Counted from the stretch's first letter, positions 1 to 10,673 are shown. The stretch is DNA of 64,000 nt from a virus (IMGVR_UViG_3300031555_004710:128001-192000); one strand, 5' to 3'. The notes: generated by a model not told the origin, from the sequence alone. Made by a program: numbers and translations.

Positions 1-1338
1 TTTAATAAGAAATTAACAAAGCTCTCTGCAAGAATTGACTTGTTAGGAATACTTATTCATCTTCTTAAAGAAGAGAACATTGAAAAGACTATTAAGATTA
101 TTAAGAATTCGGATTCTTCTGAGGCAATCGAAAAACTTATGAAACTTGGAAAAATGACATCGTATCAAGCAGCAAAAGTTTACGATATGCGTTTAAGTGC
201 ATTTACTAAAGATGCCAGAAAACGTTATAAAGAAGAACGTGAAGATTTAATTATTGAGCGTGATGACTTAATGAAGACAATACGTTCAGAAAAGAAAATT
301 GATAAAATTATTTTAGATGAACTTGAAGATTTACGTAAGTATGCATCTCCTAGAAAATCTAAAATAATTGCAGAAGAAACTGGTGTTAGAATTGCTGATA
401 CAACTCATTCAATTGTAGTTAGTAAAGGCGGTCTACTAAAGAAATTAGCATATGACCCTACTAATCCTTCTAAAAATACAAATATGGGTTCATTTAAGAC
501 AGGCGACTTTCCAATACATCAGTGTATTGCTCACAATACTAGCAGTATTACTCTCCTTGATACTTTTGGTAGATATTCAATAATTCCAGTTCATAATATT
601 GATAATACAGAGACATCTCATTATGGACATAAAATATTCGATATATCTAAATTAAGTGGTAAAATTGTTAGATGTATGGAGTCATATGATAATGACCTCA
701 TAGAGACAATGCGTAAGAAGATTGGCGAACCTTATTTACTCACAATTAGTAAAAGAGGATATGCAAAGAAAACCCCAATGTCAGTATATGTTGATATGAA
801 GAATAATAAGAATATCCGTGCAATGAAGATTCGTGATGATGATTCTATGATTGCTGCAGATGTTATATTTGATACTTCTACTATTATCATATATACTAAG
901 AAAGGTGAATACACAATCTTACGGATGAAAGATATTGCTGAACAGGCTAAAGATTCAATGGGTCTTATTACAATGCGAGTTGCAGATGATGATGAGGTTG
1001 CAGGATTTGCACCGATTGGTTCTGATGACGATTACATTGTAATGATTTCTGATAAAGGAATGGTTAAGAAAGTTAGTATCAAATATTTTGGAGGACCTGC
1101 TAGAAGAGGTTCTTTAAAAGATCAAGGATATATGATGACACTTGACCCAACTGATACAATGAGATTCGTAAGTGGTATTCGTGAAGACCAAGATGTTGCA
1201 GTTGCTATGCGAAATAATGTTGTATTTCTAAAAGGTAATGATATACCTGACCAGACTAAAAAGTCTAAAGGAAAGAAAATGTTATCCCCTTCCGGAAATA
1301 TAAATATTGTAGCCGCATCTATAGTTGATGGTAAATAG
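1..1338 (+). CDS. gyrA: DNA gyrase/topoisomerase IV subunit A, C-terminal part (5' truncated by window)
   Basis: Frame is open from base 1. YDMRLSAFT resembles GyrA LDMRL.RLT, followed by a coiled coil, PRKSKI and repeated beta-pinwheel units (TISKRGYAKKT, MISDKGMVKKV). Confidence 0.85.
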   Translation, partial: FNKKLTKLSARIDLLGILIHLLKEENIEKTIKIIKNSDSSEAIEKLMKLGKMTSYQAAKVYDMRLSAFTKDARKRYKEEREDLIIERDDLMKTIRSEKKIDKIILDELEDLRKYASPRKSKIIAEETGVRIADTTHSIVVSKGGLLKKLAYDPTNPSKNTNMGSFKTGDFPIHQCIAHNTSSITLLDTFGRYSIIPVHNIDNTETSHYGHKIFDISKLSGKIVRCMESYDNDLIETMRKKIGEPYLLTISKRGYAKKTPMSVYVDMKNNKNIRAMKIRDDDSMIAADVIFDTSTIIIYTKKGEYTILRMKDIAEQAKDSMGLITMRVADDDEVAGFAPIGSDDDYIVMISDKGMVKKVSIKYFGGPARRGSLKDQGYMMTLDPTDTMRFVSGIREDQDVAVAMRNNVVFLKGNDIPDQTKKSKGKKMLSPSGNINIVAASIVDGK

Positions 1339-1345
1339 ATATTAA

Positions 1346-1388
1346 AATATATCGGTGATTATTTAAATATAATAATCACCGATATATT
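1346..1388. terminator. Intrinsic terminator hairpin after gyrA
   Basis: aatatatcggtgattatt / aataatcaccgatatatt inverted repeat. Confidence 0.7.
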
Positions 1389-1398
1389 ATTTTATTGA
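1383..1398 (+). promoter_or_regulatory. Putative early (virion RNAP) promoter TATATTAT-tttat-TG
   Basis: Member of a 7-copy upstream motif; overlaps the 3' arm of the terminator. Confidence 0.55.
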
Positions 1399-1449
1399 GT
1401 AATTGACAAGGGTTATAAATATAAAAAATAAAAAAGAGGAGGAATTAAT

Positions 1450-1680
1450 ATGAATGCGATATTTATATCAATATTAATTATATGGGTTCTTATCGCTATA
1501 TGTAATATAGCAATATTAGAATTTAATAATTATATAGATAATTATAAACCGAGTTATAGCGAACGAGTATTTATGAATTGTCTATCTATATTGATGAGTC
1601 CGATAATATTTATAATAATAATAACATGTTATATTGAATACCTCAAAAATAATAAGAAGAAAGGTGATAAAAATGAGTGA
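1450..1680 (+). CDS. Small membrane protein
   Basis: GAGGAGG RBS; two hydrophobic segments. Confidence 0.7.
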   Translation: MNAIFISILIIWVLIAICNIAILEFNNYIDNYKPSYSERVFMNCLSILMSPIIFIIIITCYIEYLKNNKKKGDKNE

Positions 1681-2482
1681 AAATTATCAAAATAATAATG
1701 AAAGTAGAGTATATAGCAATAATCAAATTTCAGTAACTACTGCAATGATGACAATATGGGATTCTGCAACAGGAGCTCAATTAAAATTATCAGTTTTAAA
1801 TAATGGATTAGGGATTGCTATATGGCTTCCATTTGTAAATCCTGATGGTTCTAGAAAATATCCTACAGAAAATAGACACTCTTCAGTGTTAACTCAAAAG
1901 AATGCTTTGGCATTAGAACGTGCAATAAATGATCATCTTATACCTGAATATGATAAAGGTAACAATGCTCATTATGGTGTATTTACTAATAATGCTCATA
2001 GTAATATGATTGAGGTTGAAGTAAGAGATGGAGATTTCTATTTATTGATGCATAGAAATTGTGACCCTTCAACCAAAATAGCAAAAGATACCATAAGATT
2101 TAAATTTGATAGCACTGCAATTATTGAAGGATATGATTCTGCAAATGGTGAAATGAACGTACTTCCAATTCAAGCAGATTTTTACGTATTTGCAAAAGCG
2201 ATATGTGCTTATAATGATTTAGCTGGAGGATATATTGCTGCTCATGGAACATCTATGGCAATGTCATCTATAAATCAGAGATTTATGGAATATATGAGAT
2301 CTATAGCAGATGCAGTTCATGCGCAGCTTCCAGCACCTAATTATCAGCAAAATGGTGGATATAGAGCACCTTCTAATTCAGGAGTTCAGCAGAATTACAA
2401 TGTTAATAATGTAGCTGCTTCATCAAATCTTCCATCGGTTACTGCTACTGAAGTAACAACATTGTCTGATTTAGTTGGATAA
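1673..2482 (+). CDS. Hypothetical protein (beta-rich core, N/Q-rich tail; possibly nucleic-acid binding)
   Basis: ORF 1634..2482; ATG at 1673 follows AAGGTGA RBS. Confidence 0.7.
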   Translation: MSENYQNNNESRVYSNNQISVTTAMMTIWDSATGAQLKLSVLNNGLGIAIWLPFVNPDGSRKYPTENRHSSVLTQKNALALERAINDHLIPEYDKGNNAHYGVFTNNAHSNMIEVEVRDGDFYLLMHRNCDPSTKIAKDTIRFKFDSTAIIEGYDSANGEMNVLPIQADFYVFAKAICAYNDLAGGYIAAHGTSMAMSSINQRFMEYMRSIADAVHAQLPAPNYQQNGGYRAPSNSGVQQNYNVNNVAASSNLPSVTATEVTTLSDLVG

Positions 2483-2489
2483 TAAATTT

Positions 2490-2519
2490 AAAAAGTGAAA
2501 TTTATAAATTTCACTTTTT
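2490..2519. terminator. Perfect-palindrome terminator
   Basis: aaaaagtgaaattta|taaatttcacttttt. Confidence 0.75.
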
Positions 2520-2540
2520 TATAAGAAGGTAGGTATTAAA

Positions 2541-3407
2541 ATGGGTAGATATACTGAAAGAAAAGATCTATATAATCAACCACCATTGTTTAGTGCTGAT
2601 AATAGAGATGAAAATATATTAATTGATATTTTAGGAAATTGGATTCCTGAGTGCGATATTATATATTATGGTCTTCTAAATAGTCACTATTCCGAAGAAT
2701 TATATAAATTAAAGACAACATCAATGTTTAACATTCATGATATATATTTAGATACTTCATATTTTACAGGAGATGATTTAATAAGATATCTGGCATCGAC
2801 TGACGATACTCTTGCAGAATTGAGTGATGAATATATCAGAAATGCGATAGTTACAGCAATTGATAAATATTACTATGTACCTTGTAATGAAACTATGCTT
2901 AGACACGCAATAATTGAATTAGCGTATTCCAACTTTGTAAAGTCTATTACATTACTATATCCATGGGATATTAGAGAGATTGATTATCAATACTTAAAAC
3001 ATATTATCCCATTATCTGTATTGGAAAAATTTAAAATTGTTAGTGGTACAATGTTGGGATTTCTCGAAAGTAAAGCAAATTCAGGTACTAAATATACTAC
3101 AATTATTAGTAATTCTACTGAGGATATTAATACTATGATTGATGAGTGTGATAAGTACCATACAAATGAGTCATTTTTCTTATTACGAAATCATAGTGGG
3201 AATGTCAAACATGAAATACTTGAAGACCCAGAAACACCTGGTAAAAAAATAATCAATTTTGAGGAACTTGAAAATGTTAATATTATCGGTAAATTAATGG
3301 ATATGGAATTAGGAATTCCAAAAACAAAAATGAGATTTGCTAGATATGAACCAAACTTATTTGAGGATACTCAACCAGACCCAGAAAATTTTAAAGTTGG
3401 AAGATAA
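2541..3407 (+). CDS. Hypothetical protein
   Basis: 288-aa ORF with AAGGTAGG RBS. Confidence 0.75.
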   Translation: MGRYTERKDLYNQPPLFSADNRDENILIDILGNWIPECDIIYYGLLNSHYSEELYKLKTTSMFNIHDIYLDTSYFTGDDLIRYLASTDDTLAELSDEYIRNAIVTAIDKYYYVPCNETMLRHAIIELAYSNFVKSITLLYPWDIREIDYQYLKHIIPLSVLEKFKIVSGTMLGFLESKANSGTKYTTIISNSTEDINTMIDECDKYHTNESFFLLRNHSGNVKHEILEDPETPGKKIINFEELENVNIIGKLMDMELGIPKTKMRFARYEPNLFEDTQPDPENFKVGR

Positions 3408-3410
3408 TTT

Positions 3411-5570
3411 ATGAAAGGAGATAATATAATGGATTATATCAAAAGTGCATTATATAATGAAATATTATCTAATAGCAATGTAATTAATGGTAAAGAATAT
3501 AGAGAATTAGTATGCGCTATTTCTCAGGTTGCATCCGATATGGTTGTAAAAACCCTTGGCCCTTATGGCTCTACAACAATGATTGATGAAGGAACTGGAT
3601 TTACATATCCTAGTAAAGATGGATGGTCTTGTTTAAATAAGCTCCAGTTTACTGACCCAACATATAATAGCATATTTAATATGCTGAAGAAGATTAGTTT
3701 TAATAGCGTAACCACCGTAGGTGATGGTACAACTACAGCAATGGTTGCAGCAAATAATTTTCTTCGTCAAATGTATATGGAATTCATTCCAAAAATAGAG
3801 AAAGATGGATTTCGTCAGGCGGACTTTATTGATACGATGAATGAATTCTATACTTATATAGAAAGAGAATTACGAAATAATAAAAATATTCAAAAGATAG
3901 ATGATTCCGGTGATTTTTCGGATATATATCAGATAGCATATGTTGCTACTAATGGAAATCATGAATTTGCCGAAATTATACAAAAGATATATCAAGAGAC
4001 AAATAATCCAAATATTCAGGTAACTCTCGATAAAAACTCTGAGACAACTTATGAAATTCAGCAAGGGTATAAGTTTGATGCAAGAACTTTAAATTATCCA
4101 GCATATGTAAATTGTGATGCTGGTATAATCGATTATAAGAATCATCCATGCAGAGTTGTTATATTTGACCATAACGTAACATTTCAAATGCATGAAAAGA
4201 TTATTGGTGGAATTAGTGGATTTGCTAGTAGAGATAATCTCGAAGTAATTATACTTGCACCATATTTTGATGACATTGTGACATCATGGATCGATTCTAG
4301 CGTGCAGAGAATGGTTCAGAATAGACAAATTCCGAATATAATGTTGGTTCAAATACCTATGACAGCAAATATTCAGAGAAAGTCAATTTCAGATTTATGT
4401 GTATTATCAAATGCTCAAGTATTTGATGAAGCAAAAGTGAAAGCTTTCAACATATTATATCATAATCAGACACACTCTGCTGATGAAAAGATAGAAGATC
4501 CAATGTTTTCTCTTGAACAGTATGCTTTTGAAAGCCCAGAAGAAGTTATTCGTAGATGTATGGGTACAGTTAAGAGCATTACGTTTAATAAAACAGAAGC
4601 ATTTTTACAGGACTATGAAACTGTAGCTAATCCTGTACAGTATAATGCAATAGTTACAGAAGCTAAAGAAGATTATGAAAATATGAAATCTAAAGCTTTA
4701 AAGACTATTGGAGGAATGCTTGATAAAGATTTCTTATTTACTCAAATGCGTTATATAAAACTTAAAGGCTCTACTGGAGTGATTAAGGTTGGTGCATTTT
4801 CTGATATACAGCAGAGATGTGATAAAGATGCATTAGACGATGCAGTATTAGCATGCCGTTCAGCATATGAGAATGGATATGTGCGTGGTATGAACATTGA
4901 ATTATTATCACTTCTTAAAGAGTTGCTAGAAGCATATCATACAAATACAGCACCACTAGCTTATTTTGGTCAGTATTCATATGATGTTTTACAGATGTTA
5001 TATAATTGCTTCTATCTTACATCATTACAAGTTATTATGAATAAAGAACCAAATAACAGTGCTTCAAGATTAGTAACACAGAATGATGCTAATAAAGATG
5101 AAGATATGATACCTATTAGCTACATTAAATGTAATTTAACTAATCCGGAAATATTAGATATGATTATAACTAGCAAAGAATGTTTAGACTATAATCTTCG
5201 TACAGAAGAAATGAATCCTATTGGTAGTTGGGAAGTTATAAATTCTGCTGCTACTGATATTGAAATATTGAGAGCAGTTGTAAATGTACTTACTACAGTA
5301 ATCACCTCTAATCAGTTCTTATCTGTTACACGCAGATTCGATGTAAAGGTTAACAATGAGAGAACTATTCAGAATCGTCTTGAGGAAGATGCTAGATTTA
5401 TTAAGAATAAGGTATCTGCTACAATTGACGCAGTAGTTAATCATCCTGATTATGATTTATTACAGGGACTTATAGGTGGAATCAGTGTTGATGGATTACC
5501 TTTTGAATCATTTGATGGTGAAGTTACTGAACCTACCGAATTCGATAAAAATATTAGTGAAGCTAAATAA
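3411..5570 (+). CDS. groEL: Phage GroEL-like chaperonin
   Basis: KTLGPYG, SKDG, VGDGTTTA ATP-binding motif, GVIKVGA, DALDDAVLACRSA. Likely start 3429 after AAAGGAG. Confidence 0.92.
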   Translation: MKGDNIMDYIKSALYNEILSNSNVINGKEYRELVCAISQVASDMVVKTLGPYGSTTMIDEGTGFTYPSKDGWSCLNKLQFTDPTYNSIFNMLKKISFNSVTTVGDGTTTAMVAANNFLRQMYMEFIPKIEKDGFRQADFIDTMNEFYTYIERELRNNKNIQKIDDSGDFSDIYQIAYVATNGNHEFAEIIQKIYQETNNPNIQVTLDKNSETTYEIQQGYKFDARTLNYPAYVNCDAGIIDYKNHPCRVVIFDHNVTFQMHEKIIGGISGFASRDNLEVIILAPYFDDIVTSWIDSSVQRMVQNRQIPNIMLVQIPMTANIQRKSISDLCVLSNAQVFDEAKVKAFNILYHNQTHSADEKIEDPMFSLEQYAFESPEEVIRRCMGTVKSITFNKTEAFLQDYETVANPVQYNAIVTEAKEDYENMKSKALKTIGGMLDKDFLFTQMRYIKLKGSTGVIKVGAFSDIQQRCDKDALDDAVLACRSAYENGYVRGMNIELLSLLKELLEAYHTNTAPLAYFGQYSYDVLQMLYNCFYLTSLQVIMNKEPNNSASRLVTQNDANKDEDMIPISYIKCNLTNPEILDMIITSKECLDYNLRTEEMNPIGSWEVINSAATDIEILRAVVNVLTTVITSNQFLSVTRRFDVKVNNERTIQNRLEEDARFIKNKVSATIDAVVNHPDYDLLQGLIGGISVDGLPFESFDGEVTEPTEFDKNISEAK

Positions 5571-5585
5571 AATATCGAATAATAA

Positions 5586-5619
5586 AAGAAAGTAGGATAC
5601 ATATGTATCCTACTTTCTT
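5586..5619. terminator. Bidirectional perfect-palindrome terminator between convergent genes
   Basis: aagaaagtaggatacat|atgtatcctactttctt. Confidence 0.8.
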
Positions 5620-6073
5620 AATTTGTTTGATTATAATCTTTAACTATTTGCTCCACTAGTTCATCTAAGGATGATGCTTTACGTGCACCATGTTTTAACA
5701 TCATATTATTTAATGCATATATTGAATTCAATAATCTTGGATTCCATGATACTGTATTCCCATCAGAATCAACATCTTCTTGCATTATGTAAAAATACGT
5801 TTTAACTTTATCATCGTGAACAGAATCTACCATTTCTGCAACACTATATATACCAACCATATTTGGGCTTAGTACATATACATGATATTTGGTGTATTGC
5901 TTTACGAGATTTTCTAATATAACATTCTCATATGTCCATCGTTCAACTGATGGGTCATAACAGTTAATATCTGAATTCATGTTTTTAATAAGTTTTAAAA
6001 AATCTTTTCTCCAGGTAGAATGATGTGTACCACCTAAAAAGATATCATACCCATGAGTTTTTAATTCGTTCAT
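5618..6073 (-). CDS. Nucleoside 2-deoxyribosyltransferase-like protein
   Basis: IFLGGT...WR, YDP...W, YSVAEM pattern typical of NDT-like Rossmannoid proteins. Confidence 0.65.
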   Translation of the reverse strand: MNELKTHGYDIFLGGTHHSTWRKDFLKLIKNMNSDINCYDPSVERWTYENVILENLVKQYTKYHVYVLSPNMVGIYSVAEMVDSVHDDKVKTYFYIMQEDVDSDGNTVSWNPRLLNSIYALNNMMLKHGARKASSLDELVEQIVKDYNQTN

Positions 6074-6148
6074 TATTACATCTCCCTCTCCATATTCTCA
6101 TGTATAATTTGTCATTCTTAATTAAATATTCAAAAGTTTATAGATTCG

Positions 6149-6160
6149 GACAAATTCATA
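6149..6160 (+). promoter_or_regulatory. Putative late promoter variant GACA-N6-TA
   Basis: gaca aattca ta upstream of 6204 gene. Confidence 0.5.
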
Positions 6161-6203
6161 AGTTTTGGGATAAATATAATAAATTGAAGGGAGAATATTT
6201 ATA

Positions 6204-7142
6204 ATGAAAGCTGAATATAACTCTTTATTATATGCGTATGAATCGCACAATTCAGATATTTTAAGTATAATTGCAGACGAGCTTGATATGGCATTAGAAG
6301 CTGAGGGTGAAACTTCTACATCGGGTGATTCAACTAAAGTAGTACGTGATACTATTAGATCTGATGAATCTAAAGCTGCTTCTAAAACTCTATTAATCAA
6401 TAAAATTATTACTAAGGTAAAAGAGCTAATAAAGAAGATTTTTGAAATATTTGATTCACTTAAAAGAAAACTATCAAATCGCTTAAGATTATTAGCTGAA
6501 ACCGATAAAGGATTTTTTAATCTTTATTATAGAAGAAAAAGTATGATAAAGCCTTATGATCGTGTGAAAGTTATTACTTATCAATATAATGATAATTTTC
6601 TTGATATGAGAATTGAAAAGATTATGAGTGAAACAATAACATGCTTAGATAAACTTCGCGCAGTTAACGGAACTACAAATGGTAATTCTAGAATATCTGA
6701 AATAATAAATGCTCCACAAGGCAAAACTATAGAAGTATTATTATCGCCTTACATTGATAGTGGAGATGCTCCAATAAATACAATTCCTAATTTTGTTAAA
6801 TACATAGTATCAAAATATCGTGGCGATAAAAAAGAAATTATATTTAATAATTCACAATTACCACAAATAGAAGCTGGTGCGTTATCTACTAAACAGATTG
6901 CGAATAAATGTAATAGCTATTTAGAAAGTGCACAGAGTTCATATAATAAGATAAAAACTTTAGAGCAACAAATACGAAGAACGTCTGAAAGTGATGAAGA
7001 AATAAAATTAGTAATGTCCAATGCATCAAAGGCAGCTACTATATATAATGCATATTCAGCACTTCTTCAAGCTTATTATGAACTCAAAATAGAGCAAAGT
7101 TTAAACTATAGAGTTATCTTAAAGAAATTCTATCAATTTTAA
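6204..7142 (+). CDS. Putative internal head/virion protein
   Basis: Helical protein with acidic N-terminal leader containing AYES/ALEA (A-x-E prohead-protease-type sites); late promoter. Confidence 0.55.
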   Translation: MKAEYNSLLYAYESHNSDILSIIADELDMALEAEGETSTSGDSTKVVRDTIRSDESKAASKTLLINKIITKVKELIKKIFEIFDSLKRKLSNRLRLLAETDKGFFNLYYRRKSMIKPYDRVKVITYQYNDNFLDMRIEKIMSETITCLDKLRAVNGTTNGNSRISEIINAPQGKTIEVLLSPYIDSGDAPINTIPNFVKYIVSKYRGDKKEIIFNNSQLPQIEAGALSTKQIANKCNSYLESAQSSYNKIKTLEQQIRRTSESDEEIKLVMSNASKAATIYNAYSALLQAYYELKIEQSLNYRVILKKFYQF

Positions 7143-7176
7143 AATATTTTTAATAAACAGGAGATGACTAATATAC

Positions 7177-8217
7177 ATGCGAACATCTAATTATTTATTT
7201 ACAAAGGGGTCTATAGTATTTGTAAAATTTCCACCTAAATCAGATAAAGCTTTTCTGAATGGAAGACCGTTAATAGTTGTAAGTAATCCATCACATATAC
7301 TAAGAACCATTACAGTTTGTACAACTGGCACTCAAAATAAACCTGGTATACAAGTATCTTTTTATAACCACGTTGATAAGTGTTATGTTGGTGATACTGA
7401 AATATCTCATATTTATCCATATAGTTTAATGACTATATACACAGATCAAATAATAGCATCTATTGGACAACTTGACCCATTTATAATGAATGAAGTAGAT
7501 AATGCTATTGATTTTCACTTAGGACGTAGTATGAATATCCCTAAATATTTACAAGATTGTGAAGATGACCTAGTTGGTGTATCTTATAATAATATGCAAA
7601 AATGTGATATAAAACATGAGATCGTTTCGAAAGATTTTACTCCTGCCGTAGAATATAAACGTCAATATCGTAAATCAGAAGAATTAGGTAAGAAATCGAA
7701 TTTTGTTCATAAGAAGGAAAATACTCGAAAGAACAGATCTCAGAAAGAAATTAAATCTACATCTATGGAAGCAATTGATATTAATAAATGGAGACATAAT
7801 CTACCAAAGGATGTTGACTATAGTAGAATTTATAAAAATACTAACATGCTTACACAATATATTGATGATGAATCCATTAATATTATCTGTAGTAGATTAA
7901 TACCTTTAACGTTAGTTATGGAAAAGTATAAGATATCAAAAAGAATCGCTACTATTATTCGAATTAATTTAACAAATAATCTTATTAAACGAGGAATTGA
8001 TATTCTAAAAGGTCCTCATAATATTAGTAAGAATACAAAATTATCAGAATCTTATATATTGGGAATTATTTTAGCAAAAGAATTTTCTAACGTTGATTGT
8101 AAAAATAATATTTGTGAAGTTTTTGCTGATAAAATATCTACAGTAATTAAAAAGTATAATATTAATTTTAATGATAAACGTATATGGAAATCTATTGAAA
8201 CTTATTATCTAGAATAA
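7177..8217 (+). CDS. PemK/MazF-like endoribonuclease domain fused to an unknown C-terminal domain
   Basis: GSIVFVKFP...GRPLIVVSN...VCTT...LMTI...IGQLDPFIMNEVDNAIDFHLG matches the MazF/PemK pattern. Confidence 0.7.
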   Translation: MRTSNYLFTKGSIVFVKFPPKSDKAFLNGRPLIVVSNPSHILRTITVCTTGTQNKPGIQVSFYNHVDKCYVGDTEISHIYPYSLMTIYTDQIIASIGQLDPFIMNEVDNAIDFHLGRSMNIPKYLQDCEDDLVGVSYNNMQKCDIKHEIVSKDFTPAVEYKRQYRKSEELGKKSNFVHKKENTRKNRSQKEIKSTSMEAIDINKWRHNLPKDVDYSRIYKNTNMLTQYIDDESINIICSRLIPLTLVMEKYKISKRIATIIRINLTNNLIKRGIDILKGPHNISKNTKLSESYILGIILAKEFSNVDCKNNICEVFADKISTVIKKYNINFNDKRIWKSIETYYLE

Positions 8218-8249
8218 AAATAAGGAACGCTTAAGCGTTCCTTATTTTT
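8216..8249. terminator. Bidirectional perfect-palindrome terminator
   Basis: aaaaataaggaacgctt|aagcgttccttattttt. Confidence 0.8.
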
Positions 8250-8659
8250 TACATAAGTGGTTCATCATCGCAATACTGATCACATTCACTCATATCAATA
8301 TTGTGTAAAAAATTATTAGCCTGTGCAGCTGCAAATGTTATACCATCACCATTTCCTCCAGTATTTTCATCTCTATTCTTATCTACTACTTTTCCAAGAA
8401 CTATTGATAAGCATGTTGATAATGGAGTAAATGTTACCGTCCAACATAATAATTGTCCAGTATAATTATATTCAATACTTAGTAAAGCAAGATATAATCC
8501 ACCAGCCAAGCCAAATGTCAATAACAGAATTAGATATATTGCTAATCTATTTGTAAATCCTATGTTTTTTACATGATTACGAAATCCTTTTTTATTCTTC
8601 TTCTTTTCTTTATTATTGCAATTTGAAGAATCTGGAATCATTTCAATACCTTTTTTCAT
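8249..8659 (-). CDS. Two-TM membrane protein (possible lysis accessory)
   Basis: Two hydrophobic helices; directly downstream of the holin. Confidence 0.6.
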   Translation of the reverse strand: MKKGIEMIPDSSNCNNKEKKKNKKGFRNHVKNIGFTNRLAIYLILLLTFGLAGGLYLALLSIEYNYTGQLLCWTVTFTPLSTCLSIVLGKVVDKNRDENTGGNGDGITFAAAQANNFLHNIDMSECDQYCDDEPLM

Positions 8660-8666
8660 AGTAGTT

Positions 8667-8966
8667 TTACTCTCCTTTCTTTTTTAAAGCATATACAGCA
8701 GCTTCAATCATTGCATCAATTTTATCAGCATCATATTTTATATTACGGGCTTCTAGCCAGTCTATAACATATTTTTTCTTTTCTTTACCTCTACCATTAC
8801 CAATATATATTTGCTCAGCTGCATCAACAGCTATTTTTACCCATGCATTAATTTCTTCTAACTGCTCCTTAGTTGTCTTACTCTTAATATATGGAATAAC
8901 GAATGTTGTTATTACAAGAGAGATTAATGTTAGGATAATTTTAACAATTTCAGTGATATCGTACAT
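8667..8966 (-). CDS. Phage holin, LL-H family
   Basis: N-terminal TM then WVKIAVDAAEQ...G.EKKKYV...IDAMIEAAV; AAGGAGG RBS. Confidence 0.85.
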   Translation of the reverse strand: MYDITEIVKIILTLISLVITTFVIPYIKSKTTKEQLEEINAWVKIAVDAAEQIYIGNGRGKEKKKYVIDWLEARNIKYDADKIDAMIEAAVYALKKKGE

Positions 8967-9035
8967 AATAAATACCTCCTTTATTTATTTTTTATATTAT
9001 TACTAAATTTGTTAAAAAATATTACACTCAATAAA

Positions 9036-9067
9036 AGAAAAGTATAGGAATATTCCTATACTTTTCT
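9036..9067. terminator. Perfect-palindrome terminator
   Basis: agaaaagtataggaat|attcctatacttttct. Confidence 0.75.
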
Positions 9068-9074
9068 ATATCTT

Positions 9075-10673
9075 TTAACCTTTTAAAGGTACTGCATATC
9101 CAGAATCCGTAAAATACATTTTTACAGGTTTATTTCCAAGATTACAGTAATTTGCACAGTCACGAATAACTTCTGCTACTGTAGCACCAAATTCTTCAAG
9201 AGCATGAATAGAAATCATATATACTGCAACCGGACTACCACTTGCATCTACACCTTTCAATTCAATATCAACTTTAGAATTTTCACTGCATTTTAAATCA
9301 CTTCTTACACTAACTTTAATTTCTTGAACCATTGGCTTTTTAGCAAGTATTTGAATACCATGCTCAAGATTAGCCAAATTTTCTTCCTTTAAACGTGTTA
9401 TAAAGTGACCAGTCACAGTTTTATTTTCTTCTTTATTAGAAGAGTTTATAGAATCTAATCCACTATCAATCTTGGTAAGAATACGAGATTTACATTCGGT
9501 GTCAGATTCTGCAACTATCATGCTATCAATAATACCTTTAACTTTTTCAAGACTTTCCTTTGCCTGTTCAAGTTCTAAAGTATTATATGCACCCATTGCA
9601 ACGGATTTCTTTGTATCATTAACCACTGCATTAACTTTATCTTCTACATTTGCAAGCGTTACATTGGTTAACTTTTTAACGGATGTATTATCGTCAACGA
9701 AGTTTTTAACATCTGCGATACTAGGTTTAGCAATATGCATTGTCTTAAGAGTTTCTAAAAGTGTCATAATGCAAATTGTGCATATAAATGCAGTCTTAGC
9801 AATTTTCTTTTTCTTTATTTCAGATTCCTCTTCAGAACACTCACTTACACTCTCAGTAACAATCATCATATTTTCAAGATCTTCCATAAGTGTTTTATTT
9901 GAAAGATCAAAATATGGGAATGTTGATTCAAGAGTAATTTTTTCAAGTGTTGAATATGGAATTTCTCCATCATATTCTTCTCTTGAATGAAGAATTCCTT
10001 CCATACAAACGTCTTGCATTTTTGAAAATACAGATATGTGCTCACGAGCATCGGTAGGCTCAAGTACTAAACTGAAGTAAGATTCAATTGCTTCATCATT
10101 TGTAAGTTCAGCTTTTAAATCTTCTCTTTCTTGTCTAATAACGTCCTTAACTTCTTCACGAAGTTTTGCACTTGTTTCATATGCTGTTTTTTCATCTTTG
10201 ATTACATTAATCATTTTTTCTTTAACAAGTTTAGCAACCTCGTCAGTACCAGACTTTTTACTTGCAGCTACAAGTTTTTCAGTCTCATCGCTATTAAGTT
10301 TTGTCTGAGCTACTATTTCGGGTGTTGGATTATCACTTACTAAAGATTCCTGCACAATTCTTTTAGTAGCTGTAGTTACTACATCATCGATTGCAGATTT
10401 TAAGTTAGATACATATAAATTAGCTTTTTGATTACCTAATGTAGATTCTAATGCACGGTCTAAAAGAGTTTCAGGGTGCATTTTATCAATAACATTTACT
10501 GCATATCTACTAAGGTTTGCAGCTTCATTAGCTAATTCATCTTTATCAAAAGGAAGTGCATTGATAAATGCTTCGGTGATAATACCTGTAGTACATTTAC
10601 CAGTGAGCTTATTTCTTACCTGATCGGCAAGCAACGAAGTGTTGCGTTTCATTGGTTTATCATTCCTTTCCAA
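9075..10673 (-). CDS. Putative virion (head) protein
   Basis: 532 aa, helical, several x-x-ES motifs (ALES, AIES, TLES); lies in a structural cluster. Confidence 0.55.
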   Translation of the reverse strand: MERNDKPMKRNTSLLADQVRNKLTGKCTTGIITEAFINALPFDKDELANEAANLSRYAVNVIDKMHPETLLDRALESTLGNQKANLYVSNLKSAIDDVVTTATKRIVQESLVSDNPTPEIVAQTKLNSDETEKLVAASKKSGTDEVAKLVKEKMINVIKDEKTAYETSAKLREEVKDVIRQEREDLKAELTNDEAIESYFSLVLEPTDAREHISVFSKMQDVCMEGILHSREEYDGEIPYSTLEKITLESTFPYFDLSNKTLMEDLENMMIVTESVSECSEEESEIKKKKIAKTAFICTICIMTLLETLKTMHIAKPSIADVKNFVDDNTSVKKLTNVTLANVEDKVNAVVNDTKKSVAMGAYNTLELEQAKESLEKVKGIIDSMIVAESDTECKSRILTKIDSGLDSINSSNKEENKTVTGHFITRLKEENLANLEHGIQILAKKPMVQEIKVSVRSDLKCSENSKVDIELKGVDASGSPVAVYMISIHALEEFGATVAEVIRDCANYCNLGNKPVKMYFTDSGYAVPLKG

